From the NCBI RefSeq assembly GCF_001194135.2, contig NC_068982.1:22538014-22602013 (forward strand): DNA of 64,000 nucleotides, written 5' to 3'. This document shows, one piece after another, positions 63,705-64,000 of this stretch. Made by a program: the position numbers and the translations under genes. The notes beneath the pieces are model-generated. The model saw nothing but the letters and a program-made list of their open reading frames with translations, had not been told where the DNA came from and did no database searches. This DNA comes from Octopus bimaculoides. Its lineage: Eukaryota. Every line of letters begins with the position of its first letter. Position 1 is the first letter of the stretch.

Positions 63705-64000
63705 CCAAGTAGTTCAGTATGAAAAAAACCTTTATCGGTAAAAACATTTATAATCATAAATATATAGGGGTCAGCATAAGTTGCTTCACCAACATACTGA
63801 AAATTTAGAAATAGCAGTCAAAGAAACTACTGATTCTAAACTACAATTTTTTCTCTAACGGGTGGCGATATTTACGGCACACATAGAACAAAAACAGAAG
63901 AGAAAATAAAAACAAACCTGCCTTTAGTTAATCATGTACGACGTTTCGTGATTATAAATGTTTTTACCGATAAAGGTTTTTTTCATACTGAACTACTTGG
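63705..64000. repeat. Perfect inverted repeat of at least 52 bp enclosing 192 bp (MITE-like or inverted retroelement termini), truncated by the window end
   Basis: 63705-63756 (ccaagtagttcagtatgaaaaaaacctttatcggtaaaaacatttataatca) is the exact reverse complement of 63949-64000. Confidence 0.85.

Overview
AT-rich, microsatellite-rich eukaryotic genomic DNA with six N-gaps. The SINE families and simple repeats suggest an octopus or related coleoid cephalopod (inference from memory, not a database search). The only host gene I can support is a + strand TIA1/TIAL1 (TIA-1/TIAR, Rox8-like) RNA-binding protein. Nine GT-AG exons from 28747 to 50145 splice in frame into RRM2, RRM3 and a Q/Y/G-rich prion-like tail (290 full sense codons plus stop). 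The RRM1 exons are not recognisable, so 1-28746 appears to be one very large phase-1 intron. The 3' UTR probably runs to about 53.5 or 55.5 kb. After that the DNA looks intergenic, with CpG-intact SINEs, a maT/mariner relic and a perfect 52-bp inverted repeat. The strongest lead is a candidate TIA-1 autoregulatory switch at 32403-32540: a stop-containing cassette exon with a weak 5' splice site followed directly by a long U-rich tract, and with an internal AATAAA. Other leads are a fold-back tRNA-SINE carrying a Penelope-type minimal hammerhead ribozyme (8538-8984), several further exon-like islands, and up to four alternative C-termini. Apart from the parts overlapping TIA1 exons or retro/DNA-transposon relics, the supplied ORFs look spurious. 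All coordinates and alignments were done by eye.
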